From Octopus sinensis (Eukaryota), in NCBI RefSeq assembly GCF_006345805.1, contig NC_043008.1, positions 29,636,001 through 29,700,000 of the forward strand: a DNA stretch of 64,000 nucleotides, given 5' to 3'. How positions within the stretch are numbered: the first letter of the stretch is position 1; every line of letters starts with the position of its first letter. The position numbers and the translations under genes were made by a program. The notes under the pieces are model-generated. The model saw only the letters and a list, made by a program, of their open reading frames with translations, was not told the origin of the DNA and did no database searches. This document shows, in pieces, positions 1-11,752 of this stretch.

Positions 1-469
1 ATATCTCAGCACCATTCATATATGCGCGCGCGTGTGTGCCTGTGTGTCTCTAGTGTCTGCATTTGTAGCATCAATATATAATTATTATCATAACACTCTA
101 TGCGTTTGATAGTAAAATTTCAGAGAATGAAATAACCTCTGCTGTGAATGCAACACATTATATAACGTTTGTACAGACATTAATATACTTAAGAGATATA
201 TCCTTTAATAAAAATAAAATTTTACTCAAGCATTTATTATAATTAACTAATTAAGCGCAAGTATTTTTAGCTTATGTTCAATTTTCACTGTGCTTGTATA
301 AACTGGAATTTAATTTTACCATTAAACCTTTTAAAATGTCTCAAATTTTAATTTCAAGGTATAAATTTTAAAACTATCGTTTTTATTTTCAATATTGCCA
401 TTTAAATTCTGACTTTATTTTACTGCTATTTATGAGGCCAAAAATAATGCCTCAACGATCTTTTAAACC

Positions 470-522
470 TTATCTTTGGCAAACAGTGCAACAAGCATTA
501 TTTGTCTTTTTAACTTGTTCAC
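470..522 (-). CDS. Candidate terminal exon of an unidentified small Cys-rich protein (phase 1: G-EQVKKTNNACCTVCQR*)
   Basis: Strong minus-strand acceptor (tttatcttactccttctctacgtcatttcag|GT). TAA stop at 472-470 and AATAAA at 419-414 downstream. No homology recognised. Confidence 0.4.
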
Positions 523-1239
523 CTGAAATGACGTAGAGAAGGAGTAAGATAAAACATGATATGCTCTTTTGATAAACCAGGTTTGTCTGCAAACATTTGA
601 ATTATTATATTACCCCAGAGGAAAACTTTTTCATTGATTATTTGAAATGGCTTTCAATAGAGACTAAATACATAACCTAGTTAAGATTTATGTAATAGAT
701 ATATTACAAATATCTATCTTGCTTATTCAGCATTTTCGCCAATAATACATACATCTCTGCAAATGATATCACAAAGTTGAGAATATTCCTACTGATATTC
801 AATTCCTTTCATATTCTATCACTTTAAAAATAGTATGACTCTGTCAGCAATATATAACACTTTAATAAAAGATTCTTCACACTCACACACGCGCATATGT
901 ACACTAACACATATACGTGTATGTCAGTGCTTGTGTTTATGCGTGTGCGGTGCGTGTGTGTGTGTACGTGTTTGAGTGCCTGCATGTGTGTGTATGAATA
1001 TATATGTTTGTATACATATATATATCTGTATATATATGTATATATATCTATAGGCATATATATATATATTATATATATATATATGTATTTATATGTATGA
1101 TTATAGATATATAGATAAAGATGCAGACAGACAGACAGACAGACAGATAGATAGATAGATAGATAGATAGATTAATAAATCATTGGACTGTAACATAGTT
1201 ACAAGTGAAGTTTATCGATTATGTATCAGACAAGAAAGC

Positions 1240-1500
1240 AATCATTAACGAGTGGTTTGTGCGTCTATACATTTTAATGTTGTTATTATTTCTACTACTA
1301 CTACTACTACTACCACTGCTGCTGCTGCTGCTGTTGCTGCAGCTACTACTACCACCACCACCACCACTACTACTGCTGCTTCCTCAACAACTACTACTAC
1401 CATTGTTCCTGCTGATACCACTCCTACAGCAACAACAACAAAACCAACAGCTGCTTTTACTACTATCATTATCATTGTTATTAATTTTACTATTATGATG
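1240..1500. repeat. Degenerate trinucleotide tract (CTA/CTG/CCA/ACA)n, preceded by (GACA)n(GATA)n at ~1120-1170
   Basis: Directly visible; explains the poly-T/A/L/V ORFs in the track. Confidence 0.9.
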
Positions 1501-1774
1501 CAAATAATTTGTGACTGAATCACTACGGCAGTGATTAAGTATAATATGCAAAGAAAACTTTCTTAATTTCTTTTTCAACAAATTCTTTTTAAATATTAAT
1601 GCAGGATCTCCTGAAATTTTTTCTTTTAAAATTCCATTGTGTAAACCTGTTTACAAAACAATTTATCATTACCCCACACTCACGTGTGTATGTATATGAA
1701 CGTACATATGTATGTATGTATGTATGTGTGTGTGTATATATATGTATATACTTATTTATTATTATTGTTGTTGT

Positions 1775-2327
1775 TGTTGTTTTCAGTCGTATTTGTTTGA
1801 TTGTCTATGGACAAGATATCTCAAGAACCGCTGGATGGATTCATTCGGATAGAACTTTCAGGGATGTTTAGCCACGTTGCTGGCACGAACGGATTATATT
1901 TTGGGATCGATCCGGTACCGGAGAGGGATTCTGGATTATTTGTTATATTTACTTTACTTTACCTGATTACAATCTTACGTTAACTTTCAAGTATTTCTCA
2001 ATATATCTCCTTCTAGATTGTAACTATTTTGAATTTGGATTGTATTAGATAAATATAAAATATTTATTACTGTTACTAAACTCTCTACAACAACCTTTAC
2101 ATTCCATGACTATCATTGTGATCGATCAGGTACTGGACACGGTTTCTGGATTATATTTCCGAATGTTTTACTAAATTTGCGGTAGAGGTCATTTTTAGTA
2201 TTCTTGTTTGTGAGAGCAGCCGAGTTTATTTCAGATATTCTCATTTTAAGAATCATCGCTGGCTAATCGATGAGAGGACGTTGGTATTGCATTGGCGGAG
2301 GTTTGCGCTCTCTGAGTACTCTTGTTA
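1775..2327 (+). mobile_element. Non-autonomous Helentron-associated (HINE/DINE-1-like) element, probably 5'-truncated
   Basis: 3' end ttggcggaggtttgcgctctctgagtactcttgtt has the subterminal repeat plus short hairpin typical of HINEs. The 5' part has a (TTTG/TCTG)-like tract, and a gatcgatc(c/a)ggtac..g motif is repeated internally. Resemblance recalled, not searched. Confidence 0.5.
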
Positions 2328-4147
2328 TTACTACTATACTTGTGCACTCAGATGTCGTTGTGTTTGCGTATATATGTGTATATATGTGCATGTGTGTATG
2401 AAATCATATAAATATAAATAAATAATCCTTTTAAAAATGTTGGTCGGCTCTTAGGAAAAATAGATCTTTCTATTGGAAAGACAAATTGAGTTATGCGCTG
2501 AATCGTAATCCTTACACAATGTACTGAAGCATTGGATACTGACTTTATCTACAAATATTAAATAAAACATATTCCAAAACTCAATGTGTACAATTTGTCT
2601 CGATGAACGATGGCAGCAAACATTAAATCTTGGAAGGCACTACTAAAGCGAAGTTATTATTATTATTATTATTCAATCTAACATAATGAGAATTTTCATA
2701 TATGAAGGGTACTTAATGATGTTTATAAACATATTTAAAAATGTTAAAAAAACTCGCTAATATCAAATGAAAGGTTTAATATGCTAATTATGCTAATAAA
2801 TGTTATTTCATCGTTTGAAATGGGTTACTTTCAACATTAATTTCCTTCTCTTTTTATAACCCCGTGTTGTATATTTAATGTGCTCTAAATTATATATAAC
2901 GCGGTTCCGACATAAACCCTAAAATACAATTTACATACATTACAGTTGTATAAATGCAATCCTTTTAAGTCAACTACAATAAAAATAATTATAAATGTAT
3001 TCATATAATTTTAGGAACATAAAATAAATGAACATACACCATATATATTTTATGCGTATTTTTAAGTGTTTTAAAATGTATCTTACTTAACATTTCAAAC
3101 AGACCTATATACATAGAAACGATATATATGAGGCTACATGAATAAAATATATATTTACAAGCACACCACCGTATTTTTTATGTAGCTTTATAAAACAATT
3201 ACAAGTAAATATGTTTTATAATGAATATATGAGTGTGGAATATATATGTAAGCATGTACGATGCTTATTAATAAAGAGAGAGAAATATTCAACGAATCAT
3301 ATGGAGTGCTAGTGTACAAAGTTTCGTACTAGCAATTCCATTAATTTTTTAATGAGAATTTTTTAAGCTTAATCTAATTTTTCTCCTATTGATAACGTCA
3401 TACAAGTTGAGGTTCACCATTGCTACTTCAAGTGAGTATTTGGTATATATGTATTTAGTTTCGCGTGTGTGTTTGTGTTTGTGTGAGTGTGTGTATGTGG
3501 GAGAGAGAGAGAAAGAGAGTATGTGTGAGCGTGCGCGTGTGAAAATATAATTCCGTTACACTTACAGCTGGAGTTGTGCGAATCTTACATCCATTATATG
3601 TTACATGTTTTGCTGTATGGCCTACCAATAACACATCTGCTAGGTGTAAAATTCCCTTTGGCAATACTTACGACTTATCAAAATAGTACCAATGTTTGTT
3701 TTTGCTGTTGTATTCTTGTTGTCTTGTTTACCTGTTTACAGTATTTTGTTTGCAGCTTCAATATTGTTTTTCCAACAAATATATGAACTAAACAAATGTT
3801 CCGCAACAGAACTTCTGATAAGTGTGTGAAGAGAACGGTTACATATTGATTCCTGTAAGCCCGATCTAAATTCCATCTATAAGTATGATATGGCGTGCAT
3901 TAAAACATAAAGTTTCTATTGTTCCGTGTCGTAGAATTATTTATGTTTACTTCAGCTGTTTCACTTTTATTTTAAACAACGTTAGTGGGGCCTCTACTTT
4001 GCTGCAATGTAGCTTTGTTGCATACTAATTTGAGTGAATGTAATAGTGCTATGGATATTACTGGCGATTGTATGTTTTGTTTCTCACCATACTAGTGTTT
4101 TGACAAAAATGTCACTTCTAGTCGCAGAACAAGATCTTTAGACTTAC

Positions 4148-4189
4148 CTTCAAACTTATAACAGTATACACATTTATTCCAGCATCTGT
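4148..4189 (-). CDS. Candidate internal exon (phase 1-1: D-RCWNKCVYCYKFE); an alternative acceptor at 4226 adds IFARRKRHFDFP
   Basis: Canonical donor GAAG|GTAAGT at 4148/4147; acceptors ttttccag|(4189) or ctgttag|(4226). Frame-compatible with the exon at 470-522. Confidence 0.4.
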
Positions 4190-4337
4190 CTGGAAAATCA
4201 AAATGCCTCTTTCTTCTTGCAAAAATCTAACAGACATAGGTGGTTCAAGAAACATCGCAACGTAATTAGAATATATGACGGCACTTCCAATGATAATATT
4301 ATTTTAAATATTAGTATTAGTTGAAATTAATTATTCT

Positions 4338-4935
4338 CAGCGGGCTGGGGAAAATGCTGAGCGAAATTTCGCCAGAGTTCAAGTTCTGAGATCAAAACCG
4401 TCGAGGTCGAATTTGTTTTTGTTATCATTTCGGGGTCGGTTATATAAGTACTATTTGAGCACTGGGGTCGAGTAAATCGACTTACTCCTTCCCCGAAATT
4501 GTTGGTATTGAGCCAAAATTTGAAATCAGCGTTAGTTGTAATTGAATTTGTGACCTGGTAGAATGTTTATTGCACCTGGAAAAAAAGCTTACCGGCATTT
4601 CTTCCGTTCTTATGTTTTCCGTCCAGATGTCACTGGGGTCGATTTTGTCTTTAATCGTTTCTGAGTTTATGAAATAAGTACCAGTTGAGTGCTGGGTTCG
4701 ATGTAGTCTACTAACTCCCTCACCAAGATGGCTAGCGTTGTGCCAAAGTACGAAACCAATGATAGTTGAAATTAAATATCAATTGGATCCTTACCGCAGC
4801 GGCCAATAAGTTTAATGGCATTTTGTCCGAATTTGCCTTTCCTTCTTTCGCGGTCCATGAAATAATTATCAGTTGGTCACGTGCACCGATTTAATTGACA
4901 TTTCCCAAAATTGCTGGATCTTTGACCATATATTA
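4338..4935 (+). mobile_element. Three tandem, degenerate tRNA-derived SINE copies (octopus OK-like)
   Basis: Recurrent gaggtcga(a/c)tttg...cggggtcg...aagtac..ttgagcactggggtcga...atcgactta core at 4338-4527, 4550-4760 and ~4790-4935. Same family as 23357-23583. Confidence 0.7.
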
Positions 4936-5243
4936 GTTGAAATTCTTATCAAATTTTTTCAACGCATTTTTCAATATAGTGACTTACATTTTAATCTATA
5001 CAACGAACTGAATGTAATAGTGCTGTGCATAGCAATCTTTATCATATGCCTTTTATGTTGAATGTCTCCTAATATTCTTAGATATTTTTATGTGTAGGTG
5101 TATGTGTGTTTGTGTTTCTGGACAAGTAGGTTTGAAAGTATGATTGCATGCGTTGATCCTTCTGATTCTGACTTTATTTGTATGCATATATTTGCAATCG
5201 TCAGAAAACACACTTCCGAATATAAGTGGAATACATGTATTAC

Positions 5244-5306
5244 CATATGACATTTGAAAGAAACATTCGATAACTGAAGAGCGGAATCGAAGATTTTCTA
5301 GTGTTT
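5244..5306 (-). CDS. Candidate internal exon (phase 1-1: E-TLENLRFRSSVIECFFQMSY)
   Basis: Acceptor tatctgctgcag|, donor TATG|GTAATA, 63 nt, open and in frame with the exon at 4148-4189. Confidence 0.33.
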
Positions 5307-5474
5307 CTGCAGCAGATATGTAATTGTTATTGTTTGTCTTGGTCAATAGGGCATATAGCCGATCTCGTTATAGCTTATTGCTTTTCCTTTCTTGAAATGC
5401 TTGCACGCATGCATACATATATTGATACATACATGTATACACACAAACACATATACACACATGTACATACACAC

Positions 5475-5522
<48 letters not shown>

Positions 5523-6169
5523 GTGCTTATGTGTGTGTATTTATGTAGGTGTATATGTATATAAAACGTTAATATATTGATGCATATTTTGTGTGTGCAT
5601 GTAGGCGTGGTTTTTAGGAAAGCCTAGTTGTGTGGTTGGAATTGTTCACATTATATATCGGCATTCATGAGCACACTGTGTGAAATATGTCTGTGTACTT
5701 GTGCGTTTGTGTGTGTGTGTGTTTGTGTATATGTGTATGTTTGTGAGTGAGTGAGTGAATGAGAATATACCTGTGTTTGAAGATAGCAAGTAATATAAAT
5801 TGATAGTGCAAGTAGAACATTAACAGCGTGATATCGACCATGAAATGTCTTTCTGTACATGTTTCTTTGATTCCAACGGTAAAACAGTCGTTAGGAAAAC
5901 CCTTAGGATAATGTAATGCCAGGCACAAGAAGCACATTGTTTGAACAGATGTACTGTATTTGATAATGACGTACAATTCTGTATAAAATATGCATGTGTG
6001 ATTCAGTTGGTCTTTAATAGTTTCTATTCATATACTACATTCAGACTGATCAATGTGATTTGACGAAATTTTAGATTTCAAAATAAGTTGAAAGTCCGTC
6101 TAGATTGACTGGATTTTTTTATAGAACATGCACCAGTTTAGCCCCAGGTTTGATATTATCAAATAGACC

Positions 6170-9100
6170 CTTTACGTAGAATGTGTGAGGTGCCTAGTAG
6201 TGCAATTTTTGTATATTATATGTAAGTGTAAATCCTGGTGTTTTGCTATATATTTGTTTCAAAGATCTTTTTAGCATACAAAATCCGCCTATTATGATAG
6301 GAATTGTTTCTATTTTTAGGCTCCATATTCGAGTTACTCTTATTGCCAGATCTTTATATTATGAAAGTGTCTCCGTTTCTTTTAGAGAAACATTGTCATC
6401 TGCTGGTATTGATACATCGACTAGAAAGCATTTTTTTGTTAGTGATCTCTGACAACTATACCCAGCCGATTGGCCTTAATTTCTCTATATCTGTGTATTC
6501 GCATGTCCCAGAGTATGGTTGCTTTTCATTTTCTGCAACTTTTACTGGCGTGTGCCTATACAATCTTTGGTTTAACCCGATATTTGCTATGAAGGGGCTT
6601 TTCTTGCCATCGTCTTATCATAATCCGTTGCTGTTCCAGTTTTTGTTTGGATTTCAGTTGCTTTCCAGCTTTAGTTGTTTCTTCTTTTTCTTTAAAGATG
6701 TTAGGTACTATGACAATTTTTTTGAATTTGTTAGCTTCGTTAAAGTCTGAAAACATATTTTTTTTGTTTTATTCGTCATTTGTGGTTATTTGTATCAGTA
6801 TTCCTTGCTTCTGAAGTAGGTATTTTTGTAGTCCTATGGTGGTTATTTTCTAGCTATATAAGGCCTGTACCACCTTCGATATGTTGTATATATAACCTTT
6901 CTATGTCAGATTTTGGTTGTTGCATCCGAAATCCTGAAATTATTTTTTCTTGTTTCCCTGTCTATTTTGATTAGTCCAGTTAAGAATATTGTAGATGTAA
7001 CCTATAACTGAGATGGCTACAGTGTCGATACCTATTATCTTGTTTTTCGCATTGAGTTCTGCTTTTAGTATTAATCTAACTCGTCTGCAGTATTTCTTTT
7101 TTATCTTCTCTTTCATTTGTGTATGTTGTTTCGTATCTATTTCATTGATCCCTAAGTATTTGTGTGTCTGGCATTGGTCTAATTCTGTTATTGCATTTGC
7201 TTTATCTAGTGTGATGTTGCTTCTCTTAACTAGTTTTCCTCTATTCAGGGTTGCTTTGAAACGTTTAACTAAAACATATTCCATGTTTATTTAATTGGCA
7301 AATCAATGAGCTGTCTGTAGAAATGTTTCCAGCCAGTTATTATTTATAGCGTACAGTTTTTGATCATCCATATATTAGAGATGGCTGGTCATTTTGCCGT
7401 AACAATTGTATCCACATCCACTTCTGTTTAGCATGTAAGATAAAGGTATCAATACCAAGCAGAAAAGGAGTGGAGAGAGTGTGTCTCCTTGGAATATTTG
7501 TCTTTTAATGGGGATGGCTTTGGTTTTTATGAGTCCGTCTTTTGTCTGGAGCTGTTGCGCTGTCTGCCATTTATTCTTGGATGTTTTGTATATTTCATGA
7601 TTATTAGAGCTACCTTCATGGCTAGCGTTTCTAGGATCCATGCATCGAGAATACTATCAAAAACCTTTCGCTAATCGATCCAGGCCATACTTAAACCCTT
7701 CTTTCTGCGACTGTCTTCAGTTAAGGCTTATTGATCAGAAGCTGATCAGAAGCTGATCCCTTCTGCTCTTCTGAACACAGGTTGTTCTCTTCCAGTTTGT
7801 TGCCCATCTTCTGCAATATTATTGCTGTAAAGCCTTTGTAAATTGTAGGGAGAAAAGTTATCAGTGTGTGATTTTGTGGGATTGTCGTTTCAGTGAATTT
7901 GGGAATTAGAAAAGTTTTCCTTTCTGTGAGCCATTCAAGCATTGTCTGTATCTGCTGGAATTTCATTAAATTTCTCAGCCAGCTTTTTATGTGTTCCTAT
8001 TAAGTATTTTAACCAGAAGCTGGAGTTCTTGTCTTGCCCGGATGCCTTCCAGTTACTTAGCTTTTCCGGTGCTGGGTGACCTCTTCAGGTGTTATAATTG
8101 TTATAGTGTTGCTGTGTTCGTTACTTTGATAAATCTCTTCTGAAATTGTTCCTTCATCGACCACATTTCTTTCTAAAATTCTTCCATTTCTGCTGTTGGT
8201 GCTACTTTGATATCTATTTTATTTTTACCATGTTCTTCGTAGAATCATTTGAGGTTTGAGTTGAGCTGCTTATTTTGTTCAAAGAAATGTTGGCTTATTT
8301 TGTTCAAAGAAACGTACTTCGCGTTTGTTATACTTGGATTGAATAATACAGGTATTATTTCTTTTATCTTTTTTTGTGCGTTTGTATGGTGGTTGGGGAA
8401 AGAGATTGTCTGATGTTGATTTGATAGTAATATGGCGAGCGTATTTACACGTGTCTTTGAGTGATGGAAATGATACACAGTTAAAATACATACCGGCGGT
8501 TCCTTTGTGCTTTGGCGAGAATATCTTGCTTTAGCTGTTCTTTTACTTCATGTATACCTTGTTCTGTAATTTTGTATTTACGTAGTATTTTTCTTCTTTT
8601 CATGTTGCTTTGTAGTGTTGATTTTCTACTAGTTTTATTACGGATTATCATAAGCGCTTGACAGATCTTTTCTCTTATTTTCTATTTATTTCTGGATATT
8701 ATTCACCTACAGGGTTTCTTTGGGTGGCGATACTCCTACTTTGATGGGTTTATAGGACATCCAACTTCTTTTGTGGCCACAGAGGCTGCTGCATATGTTA
8801 TATCATTTAGCCTGATCAGATTGACATTTGTTTCTGTGACTGTCAGTTCTATGACGGCCAGGTTCATGCTATTTATCTTTGTTGTTTTATTATCAATTTT
8901 CATTTCTGAGAGTTACAGTCGGTAGTACATAATGAGATCTGTGACTTTCAATTCTTTGATTATACTCCTTTTAACAGTATCATAATCATTTTAGTTTCAC
9001 TATCATTGTTTGCGGGTTTTTGATATGTTTTGTATTCCCTCTCGTTCATATTTTTGTCTGTGGTGTTCTTGCTTGGAGCATTTTTTTCATCATTATACAT

Positions 9101-9830
9101 TCCTACGGTCTGGGTTTATTGTCTTTCGTTGTTTACTTTCTTTTTGTTGGACATGTTAGGTCGGTCTTCGTATTTTACATTCCAGTATTTATGATATTAT
9201 TTGGCTGTATGGTTACTATCTACGTTTTTCTGATTTATTCTTACTTTTACATGTTCCATTTCTATTTCTGATATTTCTGTTTTCTGAATATATCTCCGTA
9301 TGTTAGCCAGTTTATTAGAGTTCATTGCGGTATCTAAATATTTATGTAGGTTATTTTTCTTCCAGATTTTCTATGTATGTGTTGCTTTGTTTTCATTCTC
9401 TGCGTACAGTACAGCTGTAAAATAAGCGTGTAGGATTGAAATATATTCCTCACGTGTCCCTTTATGCTTTCTCGTTTTTTTTGCGGGATGTAGTGAATAG
9501 CGTCCGGCCCTTTATTTTGATGGTCACCATCTCCGAAGGGTGCCAATCCGTTCACTTCTGATGTTAAATGTGTTTGCTCGTGTAGGTTTTCGTACTTTTT
9601 ATGTACCTTGTTTGAAGTATGTACTTTGCGTTTGTTATACTTGGATTGAATAATACAGGTATTATTTAATTTATCTTTTTTTGTGTGTCTGTATGGTGGT
9701 TGGGGAAGGAGATGTTCTGATGCTGATTTGATCGTAATATGGCGAGCGTGTTTACACGTGTCTGTGAGTGATGGAGATGACACACAGTTAAAATACTTCA
9801 TTTCATTTGGAAAATAGAAATAATTGTTAA
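6170..9830 (-). mobile_element. Old, frameshifted R4/Dong-clade non-LTR retrotransposon (RT + RLE endonuclease)
   Basis: RT motifs IFQGDTLSPLLFCLVLIPLS and YMDD (~7375-7360), KYLGI (ORF 6940-7284), LKQDILAKAQRNRRY (~8530-8490), and a C-terminal RLE region paralogous to 10006-10674 (RPIGLGIVV...CFLVDVSIPADDNVS). Confidence 0.9.
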
Positions 9831-10005
9831 TGAGTAATACTGACTCGGATTTAGTCCAACGCTTTGTCAGTTATTTAACCTCCATTTGCTGTTTTTATTC
9901 CCGATGTTTCTGAATAGATTTCGGAGCAGTGTCTTATCGTTCTCACATGTTAAACTTCCCCGGTGCTCTCATTATTTTATCATTATTATTATTATTATTA
10001 TTATT

Positions 10006-10673
10006 CAGTAGTTTTATTTTTATAGCGTGCTTTCACTTCACTACCGAGCGCAGCTCTGTGTGCCTTGGGTATGTGCTGTGATTTGTTGTGATGCTCTAAT
10101 GGTTATTGTATAGAAAGTGTTCTGCGTAGGATGTGTGCAGTGCCTAGTAGTGCAAATTTTCTATATGTTATATGTGTTTGTAAGTCCTGGTGTTTTTGTT
10201 ATGTATTTGTCTGAATATTTTTTTATCATGCCTAATGCACCTACTATGATAGGAATTGTTTCTGTTTTCAGATTCCACATTCTAGTTACCTCTATTTCCA
10301 GGTCTTTGTATTTTGAGAGTTTCTCCATTTCTTTTAGAGACACGTTGTCATCTGCCGGTATTGATACATCAATTAGAAAGCATTTTTTTTCTTCATGATC
10401 TCTGACAACTATCTCTGGTCTGTTGGCCTTAATTTCTCTATCTGTGTGTATCGGCATATCCCAGAGTATGGTTGCTTTCTCATTTTCTGTGACCTTTTCT
10501 GGTGTGTGCCTATACCATCTTTTTTCTGTTGTTATTCCATAATGTTGGCATAGCTTCCAATGTATGTAGGTTCCAACTCTGTCATGTCTGTGAATATATT
10601 CCTTCTTAGCCAGGACTGGGCAGCCAGAGATAATATGATTTATTGTTTCTTGTCCATCTCCACATATTCTGCA

Positions 10674-10674
<1 letters not shown>
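10006..10674 (-). mobile_element. Young 5'-truncated R4/Dong LINE: CCHC zinc knuckle + PD-(D/E)xK restriction-like endonuclease + 3' UTR, embedded in (TAA)n
   Basis: CRICGDGQETINHIISGC...RHD...NRPEIVV...LIDVSIP...EKLSKYKDL...IVGALG, ending LLGTAHILRRTLSIQ*. (TAA)n lies at both junctions. Confidence 0.93.
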
Positions 10675-10751
<77 letters not shown>

Positions 10752-11147
10752 GAGTGAAAGAGCAGTGCATGCCATCAAACTAACACCGGGGAAAGTATAC
10801 GAAGCCCGGTACACCCATCATGACTACCCGTCTGATAAGTTTAAACCAAGCACATGCATCACAACATGAGCGCAGCATGGTGATCTCATTATCAAATTAA
10901 ACAGCACATGACCTCACTGGTGGCGCCGAGTTAGAAATTTATTCCAGTCGAATATCCCAGCCCGCTAAAAAGTCCCTGAATAAGGTTTGTTTAAGGAGGC
11001 TGTGCGAAATACCCTGTTTCCAGAGGTGTGTTTTATTCAAACCCGAAATGATTCCTCTCAAAACATGGCTATGATGCTCCTCAAAGTTTTCTGTCCACGA
11101 TCAGAAATGCACATGTTATTAGCCAGTGCTTGGTACTGCATCAAGGA

Positions 11148-11152
<5 letters not shown>
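10752..11152 (-). mobile_element. ~400-bp non-coding interspersed element between two (TAA)n arrays (SINE-like, possible partner of the RLE LINE)
   Basis: GC-richer, non-coding block bounded on both sides by (TAA)n. Orientation is inferred from its (AAT)n tail. Family not named. Confidence 0.5.
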
Positions 11153-11203
<51 letters not shown>

Positions 11204-11219
11204 TATTATTATTATTATT

Positions 11220-11402
11220 CAGTAGTTTTATTTTTATTTTTATAGCGTGCTTTCACTTCACTACCGAGCGCAGCTCTGTGTGCCTTGGGTATGTGCTGTG
11301 ATTTGTTGTGATGCTCTGATGGTTATTGTATGGAAAGTGTTCTGCGTAGGATGTGTGCAGTGCCTAGTAGTGCAATTTTCTGTATGTTATATGTGTTTGT
11401 GA
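11220..11402 (-). mobile_element. Short 3'-end copy of the same young R4/Dong LINE
   Basis: Near-identical to 10006-10190 (cagtagtttta...ctaccgagcgcagctctgtgtgccttggg...cctagtagtgcaa), with a (TAA)n tail. Confidence 0.9.
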
Positions 11403-11506
11403 GGAATACGTGAGGAATACATTTCTATCTTACACGCATACTTCACAGCAGTACTCTACCCAAAAAATGAAAATACAACAACACATACTTATTATTATTA
11501 TTATTA

Positions 11507-11574
<68 letters not shown>

Positions 11575-11651
11575 TTATTATTATTTTTATTATTATTATT
11601 TCTATTATTATTATTATTATTATTCCTTCGTTCCTTTTTGAGTTCAAATTC

Positions 11652-11752
11652 TCTCGAGGTCGATAAAATATGTACAAGATGAACACTGGGCTCGATGTAA
11701 TCGACCGATCCCCACCTCTCCCAAGCTGCCCTTGTTGCAAAAATTTGAAATA
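11652..11752 (+). mobile_element. 3' fragment of OK-like SINE
   Basis: gaggtcgataaaata..tacaag.tgaacactggg.tcgatgtaatcgac...ccttgttgcaaaatttgaaa. Confidence 0.65.

Noticed and set aside
3568-3686. Plus-strand candidate exon GVVRILHPLYVTCFAVWPTNNTSARCKIPFGNTYDLSK*
   Set aside because: Plausible splice signals exist on both strands here, no homology was recognised, and it conflicts with the better-supported minus-strand chain. Left unresolved.
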